64,000 bases of DNA. Origin: Planctomycetota bacterium. GTDB lineage: Bacteria > Planctomycetota > PLA2 > JAEUHO01. The notes under the pieces are model-generated. The model was not told where the DNA came from. It did not search any database and was given only the letters and a program-made list of their open reading frames with translations. The translations under genes and the position numbers were made by a program. Below are positions 1 through 9,438 of the stretch, one piece after another (within the stretch, counting starts at the first letter, position 1; the number at the start of each line of letters is the position of its first letter). The stretch lies in contig CBDCTJ010000007.1 of assembly GCA_965222115.1 (NCBI GenBank), forward strand, positions 2,944,001 through 3,008,000, read 5' to 3'.

Positions 1-510
1 ATCGACGCTTCGCAATATGCCGCGTTCCTCATAGTAGTCAATCAGGGGGGTTGTCTCGGCGTGGTAGACCTTGAGCCGATTTCGAATAACGTCTTCGGTA
101 TCGTCCTTGCGACCACGGGCGAGCAGGCGCTTCACAATCTCGTCGTCTTGAAGCCGCATATGCACGACAAGATCAACGCCCTCTCCCTCACCCAATACGC
201 GCTGCAGCGCCTCGGCTTGGGATGCATTTCGTGGGAATCCATCGAGCAGATAGCCAGCCGGCGCGTTCTCCGACGACAGACGCTCCTGCACCAATGCGAC
301 TACCAGCTCGTCGGGCACCAACTCACCACGATCCATGTAGTCCTTCGCTTTTTGACCCAACTCGGTCTCGGCCGCGACCGCCGCGCGCAAGAGATCGCCC
401 GTAGACACGTGATCCCATGCGTGGGTCGTGCAAATCTGCTCCGCTTGCGTTCCCTTTCCGGCGCCGGGCGGGCCAAGTAGGACGACGCGCAGGACGACGC
501 GCAGGGTCAC
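1..510 (-). CDS. adk: adenylate kinase, short-LID type (3' end runs off window)
   Basis: Not in the ORF track; read manually from GTG at 510 (GTGA overlap with secY stop): LLGPPGAGKGTQA..HVSTGDLLR..GELVPD..YLLDGFPR..RGRKDD; usual position after secY. Confidence 0.93.
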   Translation of the reverse strand, partial: MTLRVVLRVVLLGPPGAGKGTQAEQICTTHAWDHVSTGDLLRAAVAAETELGQKAKDYMDRGELVPDELVVALVQERLSSENAPAGYLLDGFPRNASQAEALQRVLGEGEGVDLVVHMRLQDDEIVKRLLARGRKDDTEDVIRNRLKVYHAETTPLIDYYEERGILRSVD

Positions 511-1904
511 GCCCGGCCCCCCTTCTTCTCGCCATCCCGGCCTCGGTCACGGCGGGATCGCCGCCCACCTTCGCCGTCGCGACCTCCGCCGCCACGTCCT
601 TTGCCCTTGCCACCGGGTCCGTCGCCATAGAACCCGCCGTAGTTACGAGTGAGGAGGGCACTGTTGAGCTTCTCGACGAGATCGAGCGCAACGCTCACCA
701 CAATCAGGATGGATGTGCCACCCAAGAAGTAGCGAATGTCGGGCGGTACCTTGGCTGAAATCCACGACGCCACTTGGTGGGGAACCGCGGCAATGATGGC
801 AAGGAACGCCGCACCGGCGAGCGTGATACGCGTCATGATGCGCTTGAGGAAATCGGCAGTGTGTTTGCCGGGTCGAATGCCGGGAACAAAGGAGCCGCCC
901 TCCTTCATGTTCTTGGCCATCTCGACCGGGTTGTACATCAAGCTGTTCCAGAAGAACGAGAAGAAGAAGATCAGCGCGATGTCGAAGACGGTGTACCACC
1001 ACGATCCCGGAACAATGGAGTTGGCCAGATCGGGCCACACGCCAGCCAACAGGCTCGGGAAGCTCAAGAGCGCGCTCGAGAAGATGACCGGCATAACGCC
1101 AGCCTGATTGACCTTGATCGGCAAGAAGTGGCGCTGGCCGCCGTAGACCTTGCGGCCGCGGGTGAGTTTGGCGTACTGCACCGGAATCTTGCGCGTGCCC
1201 TTGGTGATGTACACAACCACCACGACCACGATCAAGAAGAGAATCAGGAGGGCGAAGGGAATGAACGCGCCTTCTTCGCTTTGGATCAACTTCACTAAGG
1301 CGCTTGGCACCTGGGCGATAATGCCCGCCATAATCAGCAAGGAGATACCGTTGCCCACGCCGTACTCGGTGATCTGTTCACCGATCCACATGAGCATGAT
1401 GGTGCCCGCAACGAGCGCGAGCACGGCGATCAACGACAACCCGAAGCCCGGATCCAGCAACGAGCCGCTCATGCCATTCCCAATATCGACCGGTGAACGG
1501 TAGATATTGGCCACCAGAATAATTGCCTGCAGCAACGCGAGCGGGACAGTACCCCATCGTGTCCACTGATTGATCTTGCGTTGTCCGGCCGCACCTTCCT
1601 TAGCGATCGCTTCGAGCGTGGGCACCACTTTTGTCAGCAAGCTAAAGATAATGCTTGAGCTGATGTAGGGCATGACGCCGAGGCTAAACAGCGCACACGA
1701 GTAGAGTCCACCACCCGAGATGATGCTAAACAGCTGGCCAAATACGCCGCCCTGGCCCTGCGACATCTTGTCGACGACATCGAGGTTCACGCCGGGAATG
1801 GGAATGTTCCAGCCCACGCGGTAGAGCAGCAAGAATCCAACGGTCACCATGATCCGGTTGCGGATCTCGGGGATGCGGAATAGCTGGAGAAACTTCTCGA
1901 TCAC
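507..1904 (-). CDS. secY: preprotein translocase SecY
   Basis: About 10 TM segments, LFSLGVMPYISSSII, GVGNGISLLI, IKVNQAGVMPVIF, FVPGIRPG motifs. Confidence 0.98.
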   Translation of the reverse strand: MIEKFLQLFRIPEIRNRIMVTVGFLLLYRVGWNIPIPGVNLDVVDKMSQGQGGVFGQLFSIISGGGLYSCALFSLGVMPYISSSIIFSLLTKVVPTLEAIAKEGAAGQRKINQWTRWGTVPLALLQAIILVANIYRSPVDIGNGMSGSLLDPGFGLSLIAVLALVAGTIMLMWIGEQITEYGVGNGISLLIMAGIIAQVPSALVKLIQSEEGAFIPFALLILFLIVVVVVVYITKGTRKIPVQYAKLTRGRKVYGGQRHFLPIKVNQAGVMPVIFSSALLSFPSLLAGVWPDLANSIVPGSWWYTVFDIALIFFFSFFWNSLMYNPVEMAKNMKEGGSFVPGIRPGKHTADFLKRIMTRITLAGAAFLAIIAAVPHQVASWISAKVPPDIRYFLGGTSILIVVSVALDLVEKLNSALLTRNYGGFYGDGPGGKGKGRGGGGRDGEGGRRSRRDRGRDGEKKGGRA

Positions 1905-2455
1905 TACGCATCCTCACCGGAGGTGCTCTTGGCGGACGCGCCTCCCGCGGTTTTCTGTTTCCTGACAACTGTCTTTTTCACAAACTTGGGACGGTACTCG
2001 GTACGCGCGGGCAAGATCTCGATGGATCCGCCGCCGGCTTCGATCTTCTTGCGTGCACCGGCACTCACGCCGTGGGCGCGAATGGTCAATGACTTGGAGA
2101 GTTCGCCGTAGCCAAGAACCTTGAGAAACTCGGCGCGCTTCGGCGCAAGGCCTGCTTCTTTGAGGGCGTTGAGAGTGACTTCCGCGCCCGCGTCGAAGGT
2201 GCGATCGAGGGCACCAACATTGACTTCGTGCATCGTGACCTTGAAGCGCTTGTTGGTGAAGCCCTTCTTCGGCAAGCGACGGTAGAGCGGCATCTGACCA
2301 CCCTCAAATCTCAGGCGAAAACGTGTACCGGAACGCTGCCCGGCACCCTTGTGTCCGCGGCCCGACTGACGACCCCAACCGGACCCCGTACCGCGCCCTA
2401 CGCGATGGCGATTTTGGCGGGGGATCTTGATATTTCGTACGTCTTTGAGATCCAT
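1904..2455 (-). CDS. rplO: 50S ribosomal protein L15
   Basis: RVGRGTGSG..GRGHKG..FEGGQMPLYRRLPKKGF. Confidence 0.98.
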   Translation of the reverse strand: MDLKDVRNIKIPRQNRHRVGRGTGSGWGRQSGRGHKGAGQRSGTRFRLRFEGGQMPLYRRLPKKGFTNKRFKVTMHEVNVGALDRTFDAGAEVTLNALKEAGLAPKRAEFLKVLGYGELSKSLTIRAHGVSAGARKKIEAGGGSIEILPARTEYRPKFVKKTVVRKQKTAGGASAKSTSGEDA

Positions 2456-2952
2456 TAGATCTTCACTCCCCGTCGTTCCATGACCTCGCGGCGGGTCTTC
2501 ATGGTGCGGAGACCATGAAACGTTGCTTTGGCGAGATTCATTTGGTTCTTGCTGCCAAGCGCCTTGGTTAGAACGTCTTTCACGCCCGCGGCCTCAAGCA
2601 CAGCGCGCACAGCGGCGCCCGCAATAATGCCCGTGCCGGGCGCGGCGGGAATCAACTTCACGCGGCTGGATCGGTAGGAGGCCGTCATGGCGTGTGGAAT
2701 GGTGGTGCCCTTCAAGGGGACACGCACCAAATGCTTGCGTGCATCGGTGACGCCCTTTTCGACGGACGGTGGCACTTCGCGCGCCTTGCCAAAGCCGAGG
2801 CCAACGACGCCATCGCCATTGCCCACGACAACGAGGGCGCTAAAGCCAAAGCGACGGCCACCCTTTACGACCTTCGCCGAGCGGTTGATCTTGATGACCT
2901 GGTCATTGAGCTCAAGGCCTTCAGGATCGATGTAGTCAATGTCGCGGCGCAT
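2455..2952 (-). CDS. rpsE: 30S ribosomal protein S5
   Basis: [30 protein letters not shown]. Confidence 0.98.
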   Translation of the reverse strand: MRRDIDYIDPEGLELNDQVIKINRSAKVVKGGRRFGFSALVVVGNGDGVVGLGFGKAREVPPSVEKGVTDARKHLVRVPLKGTTIPHAMTASYRSSRVKLIPAAPGTGIIAGAAVRAVLEAAGVKDVLTKALGSKNQMNLAKATFHGLRTMKTRREVMERRGVKI

Positions 2953-3065
2953 GGCGCCTCCTTCTGTGTAGTCGATTGCGTGGCGCTGCCCACGGCAAAC
3001 GATGTCGAAACTGTTGTGTTGTTCTTCCTAAACAGGTGCTGAATGGGTGTTGATCGACTGCCCGA

Positions 3066-3422
3066 CTAGAACTTGACGCCGCCTTCGCGAACGGCGTCGG
3101 CGAACGCCTTGACGCGTCCGTGGTAACGGAACGCGCCGCGGTCAAAGCCAACGCGTTCAATTTTGTTGTCCTTCAACAGGCCCGCCATGGCTTCGCCAAC
3201 TTCTTTCGCGGCTGCGGTGGTGCTGCCGCGACCGAGCTTGAGACGCTGGGATGACGTGGCACACAACGTGCGACCCGCAAGATCGTCGATGGCCTGTGCA
3301 TAGAAATGCTTGGTGGTGCGATGGATGGAAAGACGCGGCCGCTCGGCCGTGCCCTGCACTTTCTTGCGTACGCGGTAGGCGCGATTCTTCTTTCGCCGCG
3401 CCATTCTCTTGAGGCGATCCAT
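3066..3422 (-). CDS. rplR: 50S ribosomal protein L18
   Basis: GTAERPRLS..FDRGAFRYHGRVKAFADAVREGG. Confidence 0.98.
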   Translation of the reverse strand: MDRLKRMARRKKNRAYRVRKKVQGTAERPRLSIHRTTKHFYAQAIDDLAGRTLCATSSQRLKLGRGSTTAAAKEVGEAMAGLLKDNKIERVGFDRGAFRYHGRVKAFADAVREGGVKF

Positions 3423-3424
3423 GA

Positions 3425-3973
3425 TTACTTCTCCCCACCCACGAAGGACTTACCCGGCTTCAGGGTGATCTGTTCGCCGAGATAACGAACACCCTTGCCC
3501 TTGTAGGGCTCGGGGGGACGCACACGACGAACGCGGGCGGCAAACTCGCCCACCAACTGCTTATCCGTACCTTCCACAAGAATCTGTGTGGCGGACGGCG
3601 TTTCGACTTTGAGGCCCGAGGGAATCGCGACGTGAACGGGGTGACTAAAGCCAACCTGCAAACGCAGCTTGTTGCCCTCCACCGCAGCCTGGTAGCTCAC
3701 CCCTACAACCTCAAGACGCTTGCGAAAGCCCTTGGACACCCCCTCGGCCATGTTTGAACACAGGGCGCGATACAGTCCGTGGAGGGCCTTGGTCTGTGGC
3801 TCATCGTTGGGACGAGACAGCTTGAGGTGACCGTCTTCGACTTCCGCCGTAACGCCACCCGTGAGCTTGCGCGTGAGTTCGCCCAGCGCACCTTTCACCT
3901 TGACGGTATCGCCATTCACTTCCACCGTGACGCCATCCGGGATGCCGATGGGTATGTTTCCTACGCGGGACAT
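3425..3973 (-). CDS. rplF: 50S ribosomal protein L6
   Basis: MSRVGNIPI..RPPEPYKGKGVRY. Confidence 0.98.
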   Translation of the reverse strand: MSRVGNIPIGIPDGVTVEVNGDTVKVKGALGELTRKLTGGVTAEVEDGHLKLSRPNDEPQTKALHGLYRALCSNMAEGVSKGFRKRLEVVGVSYQAAVEGNKLRLQVGFSHPVHVAIPSGLKVETPSATQILVEGTDKQLVGEFAARVRRVRPPEPYKGKGVRYLGEQITLKPGKSFVGGEK

Positions 3974-4042
3974 CTTCTACTCCTGGATTCGAAAACACCG
4001 GATTCGAAAGCAATTGCCGATCCGAACAAGTAGCGCGATGCG

Positions 4043-4444
4043 CTACCACACCTCACAGAGCACTTCGCCACCAATGCCCACTTCGCGGGCCTCGCGATCG
4101 GAGAGCACACCCTTGGACGTACTAAGCACGGAGATGCCCAATCCATCGAGCACACGCGGCAACTCGCGAACACCGCGATAGATGCGGCGTCCAGGACGCG
4201 ATACACGACCTATACGGGAAATGACCGCTGCACCGTCGTCGTCATACTTGAGCTTCACGCGCAACAACGGATGCCCGGTGGAACTCGTGATGGCCGTAAC
4301 GCCCAGGATAAAGCCCTCGCGCTCCAACACGTCGGCCACGCGGCGATTGAGACGCGAGGCGATGACATCCACTTCATCGCGACGGACTTGCAGGCCGTTG
4401 CGAATGCGGGTGAGCATGTCCGAAACCGTATCGTTCATTGACAT
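4043..4444 (-). CDS. rpsH: 30S ribosomal protein S8
   Basis: DMLTRIRNG..SRPGRRIY..GLGISVLSTSKG..GGEVLCEVW. Confidence 0.98.
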   Translation of the reverse strand: MSMNDTVSDMLTRIRNGLQVRRDEVDVIASRLNRRVADVLEREGFILGVTAITSSTGHPLLRVKLKYDDDGAAVISRIGRVSRPGRRIYRGVRELPRVLDGLGISVLSTSKGVLSDREAREVGIGGEVLCEVW

Positions 4445-4447
4445 GGG

Positions 4448-5038
4448 TTACACATCCTCCTCAAGCGGCTTGAACGGGAAGCGGTAGGCTTCTAGCAGCG
4501 CCAAGCTGTGGGCGTCATTGCCCCCAGAAATCACGATGGCCACATTGAGCCCCTGCGGCGTCTCCAGGAGATCGCCACTGATTTCGGGAAACACCGACTG
4601 ATCGCCAATGCCCACGTTGTAGTTGCCACGTCCGTCGAACTTGCGCTTCAGACCGCGAAAGTCTCGAATACGTGGAACAACCACATTGATGAATCGATCC
4701 AAGAACTCATACATGCGGTTGCCCCGCAATGTGACGCAGCACCCCACCTGCATACCTTCGCGCAGACGGAACTGTGCGATGGAACGCTTGGCTCGCGTGA
4801 TAACGGGCTTCTGACCCGTGACGCGCTCCAAAATCTTAGTGGCGTTTTCCATGAACTTCTTGTTGTCCTTCGCGTCCCCCACACCGCACGACACCGTGAT
4901 TTTGCGAATCTCGGGTGCGGCATAGATGTTGGCAATCCCGAGCGACTTCATGAGCTCGGGGCGAATGGACTCTTGGTACTGCGTGCGTAGGCGTGCGTGG
5001 GGCACGGGCGCAGCACTCGCTTTGGCAGCGGCCATCAC
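4448..5038 (-). CDS. rplE: 50S ribosomal protein L5
   Basis: TGQKPVITRAK..VTLRGNRMYEFLDR..PRIRDFRG..FDGRGNY. Confidence 0.98.
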   Translation of the reverse strand: MMAAAKASAAPVPHARLRTQYQESIRPELMKSLGIANIYAAPEIRKITVSCGVGDAKDNKKFMENATKILERVTGQKPVITRAKRSIAQFRLREGMQVGCCVTLRGNRMYEFLDRFINVVVPRIRDFRGLKRKFDGRGNYNVGIGDQSVFPEISGDLLETPQGLNVAIVISGGNDAHSLALLEAYRFPFKPLEEDV

Positions 5039-5374
5039 CTACTCCTTTTTCGTCGTGGAGGTGCCCAGCGCGGCGCCGGATCGACGACCCACGCGTTCCA
5101 AACGACCGTCGTTCTCCTTGAACGACACCCGTGTGGGCTGACCACTCTCACCATCAATGGGCATTACATTGCTGAGATGAATCGGCACCTCGATGCGAAT
5201 GCGACCGCCATTGGGATATTGCTGACTTTTGCGCAGATGCTTGAAGCGCATATTGACGCCTTCCACCACCACGCGATTCTTGTCTTTGAGGATGCGAAGC
5301 ACTTTGCCGCGACGCCCCCGGTCATTGCCCGAGACCACCGCAACGATATCGCCCGTTCGAATGCGCGCCGGCAT
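5039..5374 (-). CDS. rplX: 50S ribosomal protein L24
   Basis: KOW motif GDIVAVVSGNDRG..VVVEGVN..PIHLSNV. Confidence 0.97.
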   Translation of the reverse strand: MPARIRTGDIVAVVSGNDRGRRGKVLRILKDKNRVVVEGVNMRFKHLRKSQQYPNGGRIRIEVPIHLSNVMPIDGESGQPTRVSFKENDGRLERVGRRSGAALGTSTTKKE

Positions 5375-5742
5375 TACACGACCTCCGATGCGAGGTTCAC
5401 GATCTTCGTGAACCCCTTCCCGCGCAGTTCTCGTGCCACGGCGCCAAAGACGCGGGTGCCTTTGGGGCTCTTGTCCTCATTGATGAGCACAATGGCGTTG
5501 GAGTCGAAGCGAACATAGGTGCCGTCGGGACGACGGTGGGCATTGCGGGTGCGAACCACCACGCCGCGCACCACCGAGCCGGGCTTGACCGGTGAACTCG
5601 GTATTGCCTTGCGAACCGAGGCCACCACCACGTCGCCGATTTCGGCGGTGGTCTTGTTGCCGCGCCCCACCACTTTGATGGCATGGCAGCGCTTGGCACC
5701 GGAGTTGTCGGCTACGTCGAGCCACGTGCGCAACTGAATCAT
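5374..5742 (-). CDS. rplN: 50S ribosomal protein L14
   Basis: [31 protein letters not shown]. Confidence 0.98.
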   Translation of the reverse strand: MIQLRTWLDVADNSGAKRCHAIKVVGRGNKTTAEIGDVVVASVRKAIPSSPVKPGSVVRGVVVRTRNAHRRPDGTYVRFDSNAIVLINEDKSPKGTRVFGAVARELRGKGFTKIVNLASEVV

Positions 5743-6158
5743 GACACCGCCTCTTCACTGGAGGACGCGTCGTTGACGCCCTCAGTGACTTCGACCGGCG
5801 TGCTTTCAGCAGCAACGCCGTCGGCGCCCGCAACTTCGGAAGCACCCGTGACGACTGCACCACTCAAGCGCGCACGACGAATAACTTTGATGAGCGACCA
5901 GCACTTGGTCTTGCTCTGCGGACGGGTGAAACGAATCTCGACGAGATCGCCTTCACCGGCCTCGTTCTTTTCGTCGTGGGCCTTGTAGGTTGAGGCGCGA
6001 CGAATGTACTTGCCATAGAGCGGATGCTTCACCATGCGTTCTTGACGCACGGTAATGGTCTTATTCATCTTGTCGCTAACGACAAATCCGGTAACGAGGC
6101 GTGGTTTGGCGCGCCCATCCGCCGTATCTGATGAATTTGTGCTGGATGACTCGTTCAT
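5739..6158 (-). CDS. rpsQ: 30S ribosomal protein S17 with acidic C-terminal extension
   Basis: [26 protein letters not shown]. Confidence 0.96.
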   Translation of the reverse strand: MNESSSTNSSDTADGRAKPRLVTGFVVSDKMNKTITVRQERMVKHPLYGKYIRRASTYKAHDEKNEAGEGDLVEIRFTRPQSKTKCWSLIKVIRRARLSGAVVTGASEVAGADGVAAESTPVEVTEGVNDASSSEEAVS

Positions 6159-6412
6159 TAGTCACCACCCTTCTTGCCTTTGCCCGCGGTGCGCCTTGCT
6201 TCGGCCTCCAACTCGCTGTTGAGACCGAGCGTGCGCTCCCGAAGAATGGTTTGAATGCGTGCGATATCGCGGCGGTGCTTACCGACCATGCCGCGATCCA
6301 CAACCTCTTCGCTCTTGCCGCGAAAACGTTGCTCGAAAATTTCTTTGCGCAAACGCACAACCTCGCGTTCGAGGTCGGCGGAATCGCGCCGTCGTAAGTC
6401 GCGCGGTCTCAT
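6158..6412 (-). CDS. rpmC: 50S ribosomal protein L29
   Basis: RRDIARIQTILRER; position between rplP and rpsQ. Confidence 0.93.
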   Translation of the reverse strand: MRPRDLRRRDSADLEREVVRLRKEIFEQRFRGKSEEVVDRGMVGKHRRDIARIQTILRERTLGLNSELEAEARRTAGKGKKGGD

Positions 6413-6826
6413 CTAGTGACTCCTCTTGGTCACAAGGCGACAGCGAATCGGCATCTTGTGGGCAACCTTATTGAGTGCCTTCTTGGCGACTTCCTCGGGT
6501 ACGCCACCACCGATTTCAAACATCACCGTGCCGGGGCGCACGACGGCGGCCCAATAATCGGGCTCGCCCTTACCGGTACCCATTCGAGTTTCTTCCGGCG
6601 TGGAGCTAACCGACTTGTGCGGAAAGATGCGGATATAGACGCGGCCATCCGGGGCGCCACGCACTGCGGCCACACGACCGGCCTCGATCACATTGGATGG
6701 AATCCACCCGTGCTCCAAGGCCTGGAGTCCGTGGGTACCAAACTCGACCTTATTGCCACGGCTGGCGTTTCCCTTGAGGCGTCCGCGTTGCTGCTTACGC
6801 CACTTCACTCGCTTGGGCATCAACAT
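6413..6826 (-). CDS. rplP: 50S ribosomal protein L16
   Basis: MLMPKRVKWRKQQRGR..IRIFPHK..RMGTGKG. Confidence 0.98.
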   Translation of the reverse strand: MLMPKRVKWRKQQRGRLKGNASRGNKVEFGTHGLQALEHGWIPSNVIEAGRVAAVRGAPDGRVYIRIFPHKSVSSTPEETRMGTGKGEPDYWAAVVRPGTVMFEIGGGVPEEVAKKALNKVAHKMPIRCRLVTKRSH

Positions 6827-7485
6827 TAGTTGTTCTCCTCGCGGCGCTTGGGTTCGGCCTTTTCAAGGGTGCCGAGATAAATCCACACCTTCACACCGAT
6901 GATGCCGTAGGTGGTACGGGCTTCCGCGGTGCCGTAGTCGATGTTGGCGCGCAACGTGGACAGCGGAATGCTGCCTTTGGACTGTTTCTCTTGACGGGCG
7001 ATATCGGCGCCGCCCAAACGACCACCAATGATGACCTTCATGCCCAATGCGCCGCGGTCCATGGTGTTGGACACCGCGCGCTTGAGCGTGCGTCGATAGG
7101 CGGCGCGCTTCACCAACTGCTCGGCGATGTTTTGCGCGACCAATGTGGCATTGAGCTCGGGGCGGTTGATCTCTTTGATGTCGAGACCCACACGGCGACC
7201 GGTGAGTTTTTCAATGCGCTTTTGAAGCTCCTCGGCCTTGACGCCTTTGCGACCGATGAGCACACCGGGCTTGGCGGTGTGCACGATCACGCGCAGGGCG
7301 TCGGCCTTGCGCTCAATCTCGACCTTGGGAATGCCCGCACCGTAGAAGTCTTTGCGAATGAACTGGCGAATCTTGCGGTCTTCGCTGAGCAGACGGGCGA
7401 AGTCGCGCTTGGGTGCATACCAACGCGATTTCCAGTCCATGTAGATGCCGGTACGAAAGCCGACGGGGTGTGTCTTCTGTCCCAC
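6826..7485 (-). CDS. rpsC: 30S ribosomal protein S3
   Basis: MGQKTHPVGFR..GRLGGADIAR..PLSTLRANIDY. Confidence 0.98.
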   Translation of the reverse strand: MGQKTHPVGFRTGIYMDWKSRWYAPKRDFARLLSEDRKIRQFIRKDFYGAGIPKVEIERKADALRVIVHTAKPGVLIGRKGVKAEELQKRIEKLTGRRVGLDIKEINRPELNATLVAQNIAEQLVKRAAYRRTLKRAVSNTMDRGALGMKVIIGGRLGGADIARQEKQSKGSIPLSTLRANIDYGTAEARTTYGIIGVKVWIYLGTLEKAEPKRREENN

Positions 7486-7488
7486 GAA

Positions 7489-7866
7489 CTACTCCTCCGT
7501 ACCCGGTGCAAGCACCACGCTGATGTGGCTGGCTTCCTTGCGAATCGGAAAGGCGCGACCCATCGCGCGCGGCTGCCAACGCTGACGGCCGTTGAGCAGG
7601 CCCGCGCCGTCTACACGGGCATCGGCAACCACCAATGTCCGCAGATTGATATTGAGATCGGCCGATGCATTGGCGAGCGCCGACTGAATGACTTTTCGAA
7701 TCATGGGCGCGGCGCGGCGTGGCTCAAACTGAAGCACTTCAAGCGCCTCATCCACCGGTCGTCCACGCACGAGGTCGATGACCGGACGCGCCTTGGTGGC
7801 CGATATGCGCGCATAGCGATGCGACGCGCGATAGCCCTTGATGCCGCCCTTGGGAGTCTTACTCAT
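7489..7866 (-). CDS. rplV: 50S ribosomal protein L22
   Basis: RISATKARPVIDLVRG..SALANA..PRAMGRA..SHISVV. Confidence 0.97.
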   Translation of the reverse strand: MSKTPKGGIKGYRASHRYARISATKARPVIDLVRGRPVDEALEVLQFEPRRAAPMIRKVIQSALANASADLNINLRTLVVADARVDGAGLLNGRQRWQPRAMGRAFPIRKEASHISVVLAPGTEE

Positions 7867-7901
7867 ACCGTCCTCGTTTCTCGGGTGAACCGGTAGCTGC
7901 G

Positions 7902-8168
7902 CTACTTCTTGCCGCCGGAATGACCGCGGAACAAGCGCGTGGGCGAGAATTCGCCGAGCTTGTGGCCGACCATGTCTTCCGTGACGTAAACGCGTAAGAA
8001 GACCTTGCCGTTGTGCACCATGAAGGTGTGGCCCACAAACTCAGGCACGATGTCGCACCGACGAGCCCACGTCTTGATGGGATCTTTGCGGCCCTGGTCT
8101 TCCATTTTCATGACCTTTTCGTAGAGCTTCTCGTCTACGAACGGGCCTTTCTTCAAACTGCGGCTCAT
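7902..8168 (-). CDS. rpsS: 30S ribosomal protein S19
   Basis: [25 protein letters not shown]. Confidence 0.98.
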   Translation of the reverse strand: MSRSLKKGPFVDEKLYEKVMKMEDQGRKDPIKTWARRCDIVPEFVGHTFMVHNGKVFLRVYVTEDMVGHKLGEFSPTRLFRGHSGGKK

Positions 8169-8215
8169 ATCAATCTACCTCTCGTGAACGCCCCTGGGAT
8201 TACGAGCGCACGGGC

Positions 8216-9064
8216 CTACTTACCAACCTGCTTGCCGCGCTTGCGACCACGAACAATGAAACGGTTGGATGCCTTGCCCTTCTTGCGCGTGTTGCCGCCC
8301 TTACTGAGCTGACCCCACTTCGAACGCGGATGCCGGCCACCGGCGCGACGCCCCTCACCACCGCCCATGGGGTGGGCGACGGGGTTCATGGCGCTACCTC
8401 GCACCTTGGGACGACGTCCCATGTGACGCCGGCGTCCGGCCTTGCCCCACTTCATGAGGCTGTAGTCAATGTTGCCCACTTGGCCTATGGTGGCGCGGCA
8501 GCGCATGTGAACGCGGCGCATTTCACCCGACGGCAACGTGAGCAAGGCGTACTTGCCTTCCTTGGCACTCAACACGCAGTGGGTCCCCGCGCTGCGTGCC
8601 ATCTGGGCACCGCGACCGGGAACAAGTTCAACCGCGTGCACCACAAGACCAACCGGAATGTTCTTTAGCTCCAGGTTGTTCCCCGGCTTGGGTTCGGCGG
8701 TCTCGCCAGCAAAGACCTTCTGGCCAATTTTGAGCCCGTGGGCCGCAAGAACGTACCGCTTCTCACCGTCGGCGTAGACCAGGAGGTGCAAGCGCGCATT
8801 GCGGTTGGGATCGTACTCAAGCGCCTTAATGGTGGCGGGAATGCCGTCCTTGTCGCTGCGCTTCCAGTCGATCTGACGATAGCGACGCTTGTGACCCCCA
8901 CCGCGACGACGCACGGTCATGCGCCCGAGGTTGTTCCGTCCGCCCGACTTGCGGAGTCCGCGCGTGAGACGCTTCTCCGGCGACTTGCGGGTGAGGTCAC
9001 TCGTGTCGATGTAGGACAGGCCTCGTTGACCATTGGTCATCGGCTTGACGCGACGGATGGGCAT
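8216..9064 (-). CDS. rplB: 50S ribosomal protein L2
   Basis: GGRNNLGR..EYDPNR..VRGSAMNPVAHPMGGGEG. Confidence 0.98.
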   Translation of the reverse strand: MPIRRVKPMTNGQRGLSYIDTSDLTRKSPEKRLTRGLRKSGGRNNLGRMTVRRRGGGHKRRYRQIDWKRSDKDGIPATIKALEYDPNRNARLHLLVYADGEKRYVLAAHGLKIGQKVFAGETAEPKPGNNLELKNIPVGLVVHAVELVPGRGAQMARSAGTHCVLSAKEGKYALLTLPSGEMRRVHMRCRATIGQVGNIDYSLMKWGKAGRRRHMGRRPKVRGSAMNPVAHPMGGGEGRRAGGRHPRSKWGQLSKGGNTRKKGKASNRFIVRGRKRGKQVGK

Positions 9065-9114
9065 GACTCTGATTTCCTAAACTAAAAAAACATTCTGCGG
9101 GCGATCACAACGAC

Positions 9115-9150
9115 GCAGCTCTTGCAGACAGCTACCCTGCGAAGAGCTGC
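9115..9150. promoter_or_regulatory. intergenic stem-loop between rplW and rplB
   Basis: gcagctctt-gcag..ctgc-g-aagagctgc inverted repeat directly after the rplW stop; function unknown. Confidence 0.45.
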
Positions 9151-9438
9151 CTAGTAGAAGTCGATCGTGTCTCCCTCTTTGACCGACACTACGGCTCGTT
9201 TCCATGTGGGCGTGGTACCGAAGTAGCGACCCATCCGGCGGCCCTTGCCGAGGTAGGTCGAGGTGCGAACACCTGTGACCTTCACCTTGAAGAGCTCTTC
9301 AATGGCATCGCGGATCTGTACTTTGTTGGCGGCCAACAACACCTGAAAGGTGTACGCGCGATCGCGCTCGGCCATGCGCAGCGTCTTCTCCGTAACGAGC
9401 GGACGCAAGACGATGTTCTCTGCCGGTGTGCGACTCAT
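9151..9438 (-). CDS. rplW: 50S ribosomal protein L23
   Basis: RPLVTEK..ANKVQIRDAIEELFKVKV..WKRAVV. Confidence 0.97.
   Translation of the reverse strand: MSRTPAENIVLRPLVTEKTLRMAERDRAYTFQVLLAANKVQIRDAIEELFKVKVTGVRTSTYLGKGRRMGRYFGTTPTWKRAVVSVKEGDTIDFY

Noticed and set aside
61-480. 139-aa plus-strand ORF
   Set aside because: Antisense shadow of adk on the minus strand
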